Shown here piece by piece: positions 55,161 to 64,000 of a stretch of 64,000 nt of DNA. The translations under genes and the position numbers were made by a program. Source of the DNA: Lutibacter sp. (GTDB lineage: Bacteria; Bacteroidota; Bacteroidia; Flavobacteriales; Flavobacteriaceae). Numbering within the stretch: the first letter of the stretch is position 1; each line of letters opens with the position of its first letter. Below the pieces are notes generated by a model. It saw only the letters and a list, made by a program, of their open reading frames with translations, searched no databases and was not told where the DNA came from. The stretch spans positions 108,345-172,344 of the forward strand of contig JAUYUA010000092.1 in the NCBI GenBank assembly GCA_030694935.1. The letters run 5' to 3'.

Positions 55161-56768
55161 ATGAAAATATTGTACCAAACTAGAAAGAAAATATCTTTTT
55201 TAAATATGAAAAGTGTGAAACAACACAGTCCATTATCAAGATTAGTCACTACTGGTCTTGTTTTTCTATTCTTTTTCTCGCTTAATTTATCGGCACAAGG
55301 TGATCCAGCAAATGGAGAAAAGCTCTTTAAATCTGTATGCGCAGCCTGTCATAAATTAGATGCAAAATTAGTGGGTCCCGCTTTATTGGGGATTACCGAT
55401 AAAAGAGATCAAGATTGGTTAATTGCCTGGATTAAAGACAGTCCGGGAATGATTAAGTCGGGAGATAAATTAGCAATTCAGGTTTTTGAAGAGAACAATA
55501 AATTGCCAATGACAGCGAATCCGCAACTGTCTGATCAAGATATTAAAGATATTTTAGAATATACCAAAGGCAAACCTGTTGAGGCTGTTGCTGCAGTGGC
55601 AACAGAAGCTGATCCAGGCGTAGAACGCGGTAAGCAAATTTTTAAAACAAATTGTGCCGCTTGTCACAAAATGGAAGGCAAGTTAATTGGCCCGCCGCTT
55701 TTAAAAATTGGAGACAAGTATGAAGATGCTTGGTTAAAATTATGGATAAAAGACAATGCGGCTTTAGTTGCATCGGGTGATAAATTGGCGAAAATTGCTG
55801 CTGAATATTCTCCTATTGCCATGACGCCATTTCGGCAGCTTACGGATCAGGATTTAGATGATTTATTGAAATACATGGCTGTTGGCGATGTTGCGCCTGT
55901 TGCAGCTTCAGCTTCCGCAGCAGATCAAGAAATTTTCAACAAACCGGGAATTGGCGTTTTGCCAACCCTTGCCATAACCATTGGCGCCTTATTGTTGTTG
56001 TCATTAATTATAGCGGCTGTAACCAACAGAAAAGCTGTTGAAGACGATGAAGAATCGGGAGTGAGCGTTTTAAAAACATTGATTTTCAATCCTTTCTTGC
56101 GTTTTCTTTTCATAATATTCTCTATCTTATTAGGAGCTTGGTTTTTATTTGGGTGGTTAATGCAAATTGATGTCAATGAAGGCTATCAGCCAATTCAACC
56201 AATTGTGTTTTCTCATGCAGTTCATGCGGGTGACAATAAAATTGATTGTCAGTATTGTCACTCATCAGCAAAACATAGTAAAACTTCCGGTATTCCAACG
56301 GCCAATGTATGTATGAATTGCCATAAATCAATTTCAGAATATAAAGGTGAATTGTTTGGAAATTACACCAAAGAAGATTTAGACAAAGAAATTCAAAAAT
56401 TATACGATGCAGTTGGCTGGGATAAAGTAAACGTAAAATATATTGAAGGCTATGAACAAAAACCTATTGAATGGGTTAGAATTCATAATTTGGCCGATTT
56501 TGCTTACTACAACCACGCCCAACACGTAACGGTTGCCGGTGTTGCTTGTCAAACTTGTCACGGTCCTGTTGAAACAATGCACGACATGAAACAATTTTCG
56601 CCGTTAACAATGGGATGGTGTATTGATTGCCACAGAGCAACAGAAGTGGATTTAACTAAAAATGGCTATTATAAAAATATTCATGACCAGTTGTCTAAAA
56701 AATACGGTGTAGAAAAAGTGACTGCCGCCCAAATGGGAGGATTAGAATGTGCTAAATGTCACTATTAA
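55161..56768 (+). CDS. actA: Alternative complex III subunit ActA, multihaem: two N-terminal class-I cytochrome c domains fused to the pentahaem module (7 CxxCH)
   Basis: CAACH x2, then two TM segments, then CQYCH, CMNCH, CQTCH, CIDCH, CAKCH. The start could instead be the ATG at 55206. Confidence 0.8.
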   Translation: MKILYQTRKKISFLNMKSVKQHSPLSRLVTTGLVFLFFFSLNLSAQGDPANGEKLFKSVCAACHKLDAKLVGPALLGITDKRDQDWLIAWIKDSPGMIKSGDKLAIQVFEENNKLPMTANPQLSDQDIKDILEYTKGKPVEAVAAVATEADPGVERGKQIFKTNCAACHKMEGKLIGPPLLKIGDKYEDAWLKLWIKDNAALVASGDKLAKIAAEYSPIAMTPFRQLTDQDLDDLLKYMAVGDVAPVAASASAADQEIFNKPGIGVLPTLAITIGALLLLSLIIAAVTNRKAVEDDEESGVSVLKTLIFNPFLRFLFIIFSILLGAWFLFGWLMQIDVNEGYQPIQPIVFSHAVHAGDNKIDCQYCHSSAKHSKTSGIPTANVCMNCHKSISEYKGELFGNYTKEDLDKEIQKLYDAVGWDKVNVKYIEGYEQKPIEWVRIHNLADFAYYNHAQHVTVAGVACQTCHGPVETMHDMKQFSPLTMGWCIDCHRATEVDLTKNGYYKNIHDQLSKKYGVEKVTAAQMGGLECAKCHY

Positions 56769-56800
56769 TATTAATTACGAAGTAAATAACCAAATATAAA

Positions 56801-59800
56801 ATGGCATCAAACAAAAAATACTGGAAAAGTGTTGAAGAGCTAAATGAAAATAGCGCTATTGTTGATACGTTAAAACATAATGAGTTTCCTGAAGAAATTC
56901 CGATGGATATGTTTTTAGGAGATAAAAAAACCTTGGAAGCTTCATCAACAACACGTAGAGACTTTTTAAAGTATGTTGGATTCACAACTGCCGCGGTAAC
57001 TTTAGCTTCTTGCGAAGGTCCCGTTGTAAAATCAATTCCTTATATCATTAAACCCAATGATATCATTCCGGGTGTTGCGGAATATTATGCAACTACCATC
57101 GCTGACGGTTTTGATTTCGCGAATGTTTTGGTAAAAGTTAGAGAAGGTCGCCCAATAAAAATTGAACCGAATAAAGAGGCGAATGGAGCCACAAATGCAC
57201 GTGTGCAAGCTTCAGTACTTTCATTGTACGACAGCCTTCGATTAAAAGGTCCTAAAGCCAATGGCGCTGAAATTTCTTGGAATGAAGCCGACCAACAAAT
57301 TATTGCAAAATTAAATGAGGTTAAAGCAGCAGGTTTGCCAATAGCGGTTTTAACCGGAACTAGCGCAAGTCCTTCAACCAAAAAATTGATTGCCAAATTA
57401 AATGAAACTTTTGAAAATGTAGCTCACGTTGAATATGATGCAGTTTCAGAATCTGCGGCATTGGATGCTTTTGAATTGATGTATAGCACTAGAGCATTAC
57501 CAGATTATAATCTTGAAAAAGCAGAAGTAATTGTTTCGATTGGTGCAGATTTCTTAGGAAATTGGCAAGGTGGCGGCTTTGAATCCCGCTATTCAAAAGG
57601 ACGGATTCCAACCAACGGAAAAATGTCGCGCCACATTCAGTTTGAATCAAATATGTCTTTATCAGGCGCCAATGCCGATAAGCGTATCATGGTAAAACCA
57701 TCTGAGCAAAATCAAACTCTTATAAAATTATACCAAGCAGTTGTAAATGGTGTTGTTCCAACTGAAGCAACTCCTTTAAATGTTGCCATTCAAAATGCAG
57801 CAGCACAACTTAAAACAGCCGGAAGTAAAGGGGTAGTTTTAACAGGTATTCAGGATAAAAACGCACAAATCCTTGCTTTGGCAATCAATAAAGCTTTGAA
57901 CAGCGAAGTTTTAGAAGTTAGCACAACCAAAAATATAAGAAAAGGAAATGATGCTGATGTTGCACAATTAATTACCGATATGAATGAAGGTAAAATTGGC
58001 GCAGTCATTATTTACAATTCAAATCCGGTTTACACCTTGCCAAATGCTTCAGCTTTTGTTGAAGGATTGAAAAAAGTGAAATTATCGGTTGCATTTTCTA
58101 TGCAGGACAATGAAACTGCAAATGCGGTTCAATATACCTTGGCCACACCTCATTATTTAGAGTCTTGGGGCGATGTTGAAATAAAAAAAGGACAATACAG
58201 CTTAATTCAGCCAACCATTAAAACATTGTTTAATACGCGTCAGTTTCAAGACAGTTTATTGGCTTGGACAGGCAGTACGGCAACTTATTATGATTTCTTA
58301 AAAGAAACTTGGAATGTTGAAATTTTGGGCGGCAAATCTTGGAATCAAGCGTTGCACGATGGCGTTTTTACTTCTGATGCAGCTCAAAGCGGCGCAATTT
58401 CACTGGAGGTTGATGTTGAGACTGCAGCTACTGAATTAGAAGCAGTAAAAGGCAGTGATTTAGAATTGGAACTTTATGTAAAAATAGGTTTGGGTGATGG
58501 TCAAATGGCCAACAATCCTTGGTTACAGGAATTTCCGGATCCAATCACAAGAACTTCTTGGGATAACTATTTAACGATGTCGAAAGCTGATGCCGTGGCT
58601 TTGGGCGCAGTTAATAATTATGTTGCAAACGGTGCATTAAACGGAAGTTTGGTGGAACTGACCGTAAATGGCGTTTCAGAAATATTACCGGTTTTTATTC
58701 AGCCGGGACAAGCAAAAGGATCTTTAGGTCTGGCACTTGGATATGGCAGAAAACAAGGAATGAAAGCAGAGATGCAAACGGGTAAAAATGCTTATAAATT
58801 TTATAAAGACTTTAATAATTTTCAGCCAAATGTAACTTTAAAATTGGCTGCAGGCGAACATGAATTTGCTTGTGTTCAATTGCAAAATACCTTAATGGGC
58901 CGAGGCGACATTATTAAAGAAACCACTTTGGAAACGTATAATGATACTTCAATTGACCCAAAACACACATGGAATAAATCGCCAAAAGTGTCTTTAGATC
59001 ATAAAGAGGTTGAAGCATCATCGGTTGATTTATGGGAATCATTTGACAGAACCGTAGGTCATCATTTCAACCTTTCCATAGATTTAAATACTTGTACAGG
59101 TTGTGGCGCTTGTGTTATTGCTTGCCACGCCGAAAATAATGTTCCTGTTGTTGGAAAAGACGAAATCAGACGTTCTCGAGATATGCACTGGTTGCGTATC
59201 GACCGTTATTATTCTCACGAAGAAAATTTTGCCGGTGACAATGAAGTAAAAGACAACGGTAAAGGAGCAATGGGCTTCAAAAAAGCGATGGATGCTTTGG
59301 AAGATCCTTCCGAAAATCCGTCAGTTTCTTTCCAACCGGTAATGTGTCAGCATTGTAACCACGCGCCTTGCGAAACAGTTTGTCCGGTAGCGGCAACTTC
59401 ACATGGTCGTCAGGGTCAAAATCAAATGGCGTATAACCGATGTGTCGGAACGCGTTACTGTGCAAATAACTGTCCTTATAAAGTGCGTCGATTTAACTGG
59501 TTTGAATATCCAAACAACAGCAAATTCGATTACAATATGAACGATGATTTAGGCAAAATGGTGTTAAATCCAGATGTTGTGGTTCGTTCAAGAGGGGTTA
59601 TGGAAAAATGCTCTATGTGTATTCAAATGACTCAGGCAACCATCTTAAAAGCAAAGGAAGAAGGCAGACCAGTAAACACAAATGAGTTTGAAACTGCTTG
59701 TTCAAATGCTTGTTCAGCCGGAGCAATGGTTTTTGGTGATATCAATAAGCAAGAAGATACTGTAAAAAGTTTGGCCGAAGATAAAAGAGCCTATCACTTA

Positions 59801-59869
59801 TTGGAGTTCATTGGCACAAAACCAAATGTTGTTTATCATGTGAAAGTGAGAAACATTCAAGAAGCATAA
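56801..59869 (+). CDS. actB: Alternative complex III subunit ActB (Tat-exported molybdopterin-oxidoreductase-like + 4Fe-4S ferredoxin domain)
   Basis: TRRDFLKYVG twin-arginine signal. CTGCGACVIACH, CQHCNHAPCETVCP and CVGTRYCANNCPYKVRRFNW clusters. Confidence 0.9.
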   Translation: MASNKKYWKSVEELNENSAIVDTLKHNEFPEEIPMDMFLGDKKTLEASSTTRRDFLKYVGFTTAAVTLASCEGPVVKSIPYIIKPNDIIPGVAEYYATTIADGFDFANVLVKVREGRPIKIEPNKEANGATNARVQASVLSLYDSLRLKGPKANGAEISWNEADQQIIAKLNEVKAAGLPIAVLTGTSASPSTKKLIAKLNETFENVAHVEYDAVSESAALDAFELMYSTRALPDYNLEKAEVIVSIGADFLGNWQGGGFESRYSKGRIPTNGKMSRHIQFESNMSLSGANADKRIMVKPSEQNQTLIKLYQAVVNGVVPTEATPLNVAIQNAAAQLKTAGSKGVVLTGIQDKNAQILALAINKALNSEVLEVSTTKNIRKGNDADVAQLITDMNEGKIGAVIIYNSNPVYTLPNASAFVEGLKKVKLSVAFSMQDNETANAVQYTLATPHYLESWGDVEIKKGQYSLIQPTIKTLFNTRQFQDSLLAWTGSTATYYDFLKETWNVEILGGKSWNQALHDGVFTSDAAQSGAISLEVDVETAATELEAVKGSDLELELYVKIGLGDGQMANNPWLQEFPDPITRTSWDNYLTMSKADAVALGAVNNYVANGALNGSLVELTVNGVSEILPVFIQPGQAKGSLGLALGYGRKQGMKAEMQTGKNAYKFYKDFNNFQPNVTLKLAAGEHEFACVQLQNTLMGRGDIIKETTLETYNDTSIDPKHTWNKSPKVSLDHKEVEASSVDLWESFDRTVGHHFNLSIDLNTCTGCGACVIACHAENNVPVVGKDEIRRSRDMHWLRIDRYYSHEENFAGDNEVKDNGKGAMGFKKAMDALEDPSENPSVSFQPVMCQHCNHAPCETVCPVAATSHGRQGQNQMAYNRCVGTRYCANNCPYKVRRFNWFEYPNNSKFDYNMNDDLGKMVLNPDVVVRSRGVMEKCSMCIQMTQATILKAKEEGRPVNTNEFETACSNACSAGAMVFGDINKQEDTVKSLAEDKRAYHLLEFIGTKPNVVYHVKVRNIQEA

Positions 59870-59904
59870 AAAGAATATTAATAGATTATAATTAAATTAG
59901 AATT

Positions 59905-61296
59905 ATGTCGTCTCATTACGAAGCACCTATTAGAAGACCTTTAATTGATGGAGATAAAAGTTACCATGACATTTCTGTTGATGTAGCCGCTCCAGTTGAA
60001 GGTAAAGCAATTAAATTATGGTGGATAGCTTTTTCAATCGCGCTTACGGCATTCCTTTGGGGTATTGGTTGTATTGTTTACACCATAGGGACAGGAATTG
60101 GCGTTTGGGGATTAAATAAAACTGTTGGCTGGGCTTGGGATATCACTAACTTTGTTTGGTGGGTAGGTATTGGTCACGCCGGTACGTTAATTTCTGCCGT
60201 ATTGTTATTGTTTCGCCAAAAATGGAGAATGGGGATCAACCGTTCTGCAGAAGCGATGACTATTTTTTCCGTTATTCAAGCGGGTTTGTTTCCTGTTATT
60301 CATATGGGTCGTGTTTGGAATGCGCATTTTGTATTGCCATTGCCAAACCAATTTGGAACACTTTGGACCAACTTTAACTCCCCTTTGTTATGGGACGTTT
60401 TTGCGATTTCAACGTATTTATCGGTTTCATTGGTGTTTTGGTGGACAGGTTTATTGCCTGATTTTGCGATGTTACGTGACAGGGCAATCAGACCTTTTCA
60501 AAAGAAAATATATGGTTTGTTAAGTTTTGGATGGACAGGCAGGGCCAAAGACTGGCAACGTTTTGAAGAAGTTTCATTGGTATTGGCCGGTTTGGCAACA
60601 CCTTTGGTGCTTTCTGTACACACCATTGTATCCTTTGACTTTGCTACTTCAGTAATTCCGGGATGGCATACCACTATTTTCCCTCCTTATTTTGTTGCGG
60701 GTGCGGTTTTCTCCGGATTTGCCATGGTGAACACTTTGTTGATCATTATGAGAAAAGTGTCAAATCTTGAAGCATATATTACAGAACAACATATTGAATT
60801 GATGAACATTGTAATTATGATTACAGGTTCCATCGTTGGTTGTGCCTACATCACCGAATTATTTATTGCCTGGTATTCAGGTGTGGAATATGAACAATAT
60901 GCATTTTTAAATAGAGCAACCGGTCCTTACTGGTGGGCCTATTTATTTATGATGAGCTGTAACGTATTTTCACCACAATTTATGTGGTTTAAAAGATTAA
61001 GAACAAGCATCACCTTCTCTTTCATCATTTCCATAGTTGTAAACATTGGAATGTGGTTTGAACGTTTTGTGATTATTGTAACTTCATTGCACAGAGATTA
61101 TTTACCTTCATCTTGGACGATGTTTTCGCCAACATTTGTGGATATTGGAATTTTTATTGGCACCATCGGTTTCTTTTTTGTGCTGTTCCTATTATACGCA
61201 AGAACATTCCCTGTGATTGCGCAAGCAGAGGTTAAATCTATTTTGAAGGCATCAGGTGAAAAATATAAAAAATTAAGAGACGGAAATCATGAGTAA
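59905..61296 (+). CDS. actC: Alternative complex III subunit ActC (NrfD/PsrC-like quinol-interacting membrane subunit)
   Basis: 10-TM NrfD-like pattern. Position after actB. Confidence 0.88.
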   Translation: MSSHYEAPIRRPLIDGDKSYHDISVDVAAPVEGKAIKLWWIAFSIALTAFLWGIGCIVYTIGTGIGVWGLNKTVGWAWDITNFVWWVGIGHAGTLISAVLLLFRQKWRMGINRSAEAMTIFSVIQAGLFPVIHMGRVWNAHFVLPLPNQFGTLWTNFNSPLLWDVFAISTYLSVSLVFWWTGLLPDFAMLRDRAIRPFQKKIYGLLSFGWTGRAKDWQRFEEVSLVLAGLATPLVLSVHTIVSFDFATSVIPGWHTTIFPPYFVAGAVFSGFAMVNTLLIIMRKVSNLEAYITEQHIELMNIVIMITGSIVGCAYITELFIAWYSGVEYEQYAFLNRATGPYWWAYLFMMSCNVFSPQFMWFKRLRTSITFSFIISIVVNIGMWFERFVIIVTSLHRDYLPSSWTMFSPTFVDIGIFIGTIGFFFVLFLLYARTFPVIAQAEVKSILKASGEKYKKLRDGNHE

Positions 61297-61813
61297 TAAA
61301 GTAGTTCAAGCAATGTATAATGATGATGATATCCTTATGGATGCCGTAAAAGAAGTGCGTGCGGCAAATTATCATATTGAAGAGGTTTATACGCCATTCC
61401 CGGTTCACGGACTAGACAAAGCGATGGGATTAAAAGGCACACGAATCGCAATTACCGCTTTTATGTATGGTTGTGTAGGTTTGGTATTTTCCGTTTGGAT
61501 GATGAATTATATGATGATAGAGCAATGGCCGCAAGATATTGGCGGAAAACCAAGCTTTGCATTTGTTCAAAATATGCCGGCATTTGTGCCTATTATGTTT
61601 GAGATGACCGTATTTTTTGCAGCGCATTTAATGGTAATCACCTTTTATATGCGAAGCAGATTATGGCCATTTAAAGAAGCTGAAAATCCTGATCCAAGAA
61701 CAACCGATGATATGTTTGTGATGGAAGTGATTGTTGACGGAAATGAAGCCGAACTGATCGCATTTCTGGAAAAAACAGGAACTGTAGAAATTAAAGTAAC
61801 TGAAAAGCATTAA
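61289..61813 (+). CDS. actD: Alternative complex III subunit ActD (DUF3341)
   Basis: Overlaps the actC stop. Typical size and TM pair. Confidence 0.8.
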   Translation: MSNKVVQAMYNDDDILMDAVKEVRAANYHIEEVYTPFPVHGLDKAMGLKGTRIAITAFMYGCVGLVFSVWMMNYMMIEQWPQDIGGKPSFAFVQNMPAFVPIMFEMTVFFAAHLMVITFYMRSRLWPFKEAENPDPRTTDDMFVMEVIVDGNEAELIAFLEKTGTVEIKVTEKH

Positions 61814-61818
61814 TTAAA

Positions 61819-62373
61819 ATGAAGAACATTTTAAAAATAACAATAGCCTTGGCTTTTTTATTCACCCTTTCATCTTGTTGGTTGGATAAAACAAAGCCAA
61901 ATTACCAATATATGCCAGATATGTATAAATCGGTAGGCTACGATACCTATTCGGTAAATCCAAATTTTGGTGATGGAAGAACTTCTCAGCCACCTGTCGA
62001 AGGAACTATTTCTCGCGGAAAAGTGCCTTACGATTATCCAAATACACAAGAAGGCTATGATGCCGCTCTATTAAATCTGAAAAATCCATTGGAAGTAAAT
62101 GAGGCAAATTTGGAAAACGGTAAAGCAATGTATACCATTTATTGCATTTCTTGTCACGGCGCTTCAGGTGCTGGCGATGGCGAATTGGTAAAAAGAGACA
62201 AATTTTTAGGCGTTCCTAATTACAAGGACAGGCCAATTACGGAAGGAAGTATTTACCACGTAATCATGCACGGAAGAAACTTAATGGGTTCACATTCAGG
62301 TCAGTTAACAGCTAAAGAACGTTGGCAAGTGACCATGTATGTGCAACAGCTTAGAAACGAACTATTAAAATAA
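61819..62373 (+). CDS. actE: Alternative complex III subunit ActE (monohaem cytochrome c lipoprotein)
   Basis: Lipobox LSSC and a single CISCHG haem motif. Confidence 0.85.
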   Translation: MKNILKITIALAFLFTLSSCWLDKTKPNYQYMPDMYKSVGYDTYSVNPNFGDGRTSQPPVEGTISRGKVPYDYPNTQEGYDAALLNLKNPLEVNEANLENGKAMYTIYCISCHGASGAGDGELVKRDKFLGVPNYKDRPITEGSIYHVIMHGRNLMGSHSGQLTAKERWQVTMYVQQLRNELLK

Positions 62374-62401
62374 CACTTTTACTAAGATAGAATTTAAAAA
62401 T

Positions 62402-63712
62402 ATGTATACCTTTTCAAGTAAATTAAAAACATTATCATTAGCATTAATGATTATTGGACTTTTAGGAGTTGGTTATGGATTTTTATCTGCACCTGCATCA
62501 GTAGATGAAGTTAAAGTGCTATTGCAAGAAAGTCATAACGCACATGGCGAAGTTGTCGCAGCTGCCGATCACGGTACTGCAGAAAGCGGTGATGCTGCGC
62601 AATCTGAAGATGCTCATGCCGAACACGTGTATCATTTATTAAAAAACAAACCTTGGTCGGCGCTATACGTGGCCTTGTTTTTCTTTTTTATGATTTCATT
62701 GGGAACCTTGGCGTTTTATGCGATACAACATGTGTCACAAGCCGGTTGGTCAGTAGTTTTGTTTAGGGTAATGGAAGGAATTACGGCGTATTTGCCTGTT
62801 GGCGGTGTGTTGTTATTTGTATTTTTTGTCCTTTCAGCCACACAAAATCATTTATTTACTTGGATGGATCCTGAAGTTGTTGCAAATGATGTGCTAATCC
62901 AAAATAAAGCAGGCTATTTAAATGTGCCATTCTTTTTAGGAAGAGCTGCCATTTATATTCTAGGTTGGGTTTTGTATCGCAATTATGCAAGAAAAATGAC
63001 CCTTGCGCAAGATGCTTCAACAGACCTGAGCAATTACAGAAAATTGTTTAAAAGCTCAGCGGCATTTTTGGTGTTTTTCCTGGTTACGGAATCCATGATG
63101 TCTTGGGACTGGATTATGTCTTTAGATCCGCATTGGTTTAGTACCTTATTTGGCTGGTACGTTTTTTCAAGTTTAATTGTATCTGCCATCACAACAATCG
63201 CTTTGGTTTCTATATATTTAAAAGGAAAAGGATATTTGGAATTTGTAAACAACAGTCATTTACACGATTTGGCTAAGTTTATGTTCGGATTCAGTATTTT
63301 TTGGGCTTATTTATGGTTTTCGCAGTTTATGTTGATTTGGTATGCAAATATCCCTGAAGAAGTAACTTATTTTGTGACCAGATTCAACGATTATAAAGTT
63401 CCATTTTTAGGAATGGTGGTTTTAAACTTTGTTTTCCCGTTATTAATTTTAATGAATAGCGACTTTAAACGTGTGCCTTGGTTTATTGTAACTGCGGGTA
63501 TTATTGTTTTAATAGGACATTATATTGATATTTTTGTGATGATTATGCCAGCTACAGTTGGTGACCAATGGTTTTTTGGCATCTCTGAAATTAGCTCAGT
63601 ATTGCTTGTTTTAGGTATTTTTATTTATGTTGTTTTTAATGCAATGACAAAAGCACCATTATTGGCAAAAGGCAGCCCATTCATAAAAGAAAGTGAACAT
63701 TTTCATTATTAA
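62402..63712 (+). CDS. actF: Alternative complex III subunit ActF (second NrfD-like membrane subunit)
   Basis: Polytopic membrane protein in the conserved actABCDEF order. Confidence 0.8.
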   Translation: MYTFSSKLKTLSLALMIIGLLGVGYGFLSAPASVDEVKVLLQESHNAHGEVVAAADHGTAESGDAAQSEDAHAEHVYHLLKNKPWSALYVALFFFFMISLGTLAFYAIQHVSQAGWSVVLFRVMEGITAYLPVGGVLLFVFFVLSATQNHLFTWMDPEVVANDVLIQNKAGYLNVPFFLGRAAIYILGWVLYRNYARKMTLAQDASTDLSNYRKLFKSSAAFLVFFLVTESMMSWDWIMSLDPHWFSTLFGWYVFSSLIVSAITTIALVSIYLKGKGYLEFVNNSHLHDLAKFMFGFSIFWAYLWFSQFMLIWYANIPEEVTYFVTRFNDYKVPFLGMVVLNFVFPLLILMNSDFKRVPWFIVTAGIIVLIGHYIDIFVMIMPATVGDQWFFGISEISSVLLVLGIFIYVVFNAMTKAPLLAKGSPFIKESEHFHY

Positions 63713-63738
63713 ATTCATAAAAGGCACATAGAAAAGAG

Positions 63739-63769
63739 TCCTGAATATTTTTTCTTCAGGATTTTTTTT
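63739..63769 (+). terminator. Rho-independent terminator after actF
   Basis: TCCTGAA-N9-TTCAGGA followed by T8. Confidence 0.65.
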
Positions 63770-63776
63770 ATATTTG
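63769..63776 (+). promoter_or_regulatory. -7 box TATATTTG upstream of the oxidase gene
   Basis: Matches TAnnTTTG, 30 nt upstream of the ATG at 63806. Confidence 0.4.
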
Positions 63777-63805
63777 GCAACACGATAACTACTAGCTTAA
63801 AAAAT

Positions 63806-64000
63806 ATGACAGCATTATTTTATATTTTACTCGCAATCGTAATAGGAATTGCAATTTGGCAAATAATAAGTATTTTTAATTTGAAAGGGGCTATTGCCAC
63901 TGAAAAGGATAACAATACCCAAGGAATTTTATTTGCAGTTTTTGGCGTTTTCTTTTATGGATTGATGATATTTTCATTTTGGAAATATTCCGTAATTCTA
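63806..64000 (+). CDS. Probable cytochrome c oxidase subunit II, N-terminal fragment (runs off the right edge)
   Basis: Open frame MTALFYILLAIVIGIAIWQIISIFNL...FAVFGVFFYGLMIFSFWKYSVIL (65 codons, two TM helices). Lies directly after the ACIII operon, as in other Flavobacteriia. Confidence 0.55.
   Translation, partial: MTALFYILLAIVIGIAIWQIISIFNLKGAIATEKDNNTQGILFAVFGVFFYGLMIFSFWKYSVIL

Overview
AT-rich chromosomal segment of Flavobacteriia type, probably Flavobacterium. Supporting evidence: a T9SS type-B sorting domain adhesin, a PorP/SprF gene, an alternative complex III operon followed by cytochrome oxidase, TAnnTTTG -7 promoter boxes, no Shine-Dalgarno spacing logic, and characteristic intergenic low-complexity repeats. 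Most of the window is core housekeeping: leuD-(leuA/cimA-like)-leuB; murI; skp-skp-bamA-uppS; nadK; pdxJ; tig; clpP-clpX; dnaG; actABCDEF; start of coxII. Two accessory blocks stand out. (1) 6.8-17.1 kb is a minus-strand Cu/Ag resistance operon (HYC_CC_PP protein, CusA, TolC-like, CusB, 72-aa metal-binding protein, CopA). It sits between a T9SS type-B adhesin gene and the PorP/SprF gene that would normally follow it directly. (2) 30.8-46.3 kb holds a LytTR response regulator and a beta-propeller/Y_Y_Y LytS-type histidine kinase, then a tightly packed six-gene operon. That operon encodes an 83-aa protein, a 1,619-aa orphan secreted protein, an FN3-repeat protein, a 577-aa predicted outer-membrane beta-barrel, a 295-aa paralog of the giant protein's N-terminus, and an OmpA-anchored beta-barrel. 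The operon is preceded by three phased LytTR-type direct repeats. The whole 15.6-kb block is bracketed by near-identical copies of the tig terminator region and interrupts tig-clpP-clpX. This block is my best candidate for an undescribed envelope or cell-surface system. I found no rRNA, tRNA, CRISPR, transposase or integrase. Several families of short intergenic repeats are present: GC-rich palindromic MITE/REP-like elements, a 95-bp tandem duplication, heptamer arrays, and a stop-codon-abutting hairpin element. All functional calls rest on motif recognition by eye, with no database searches.
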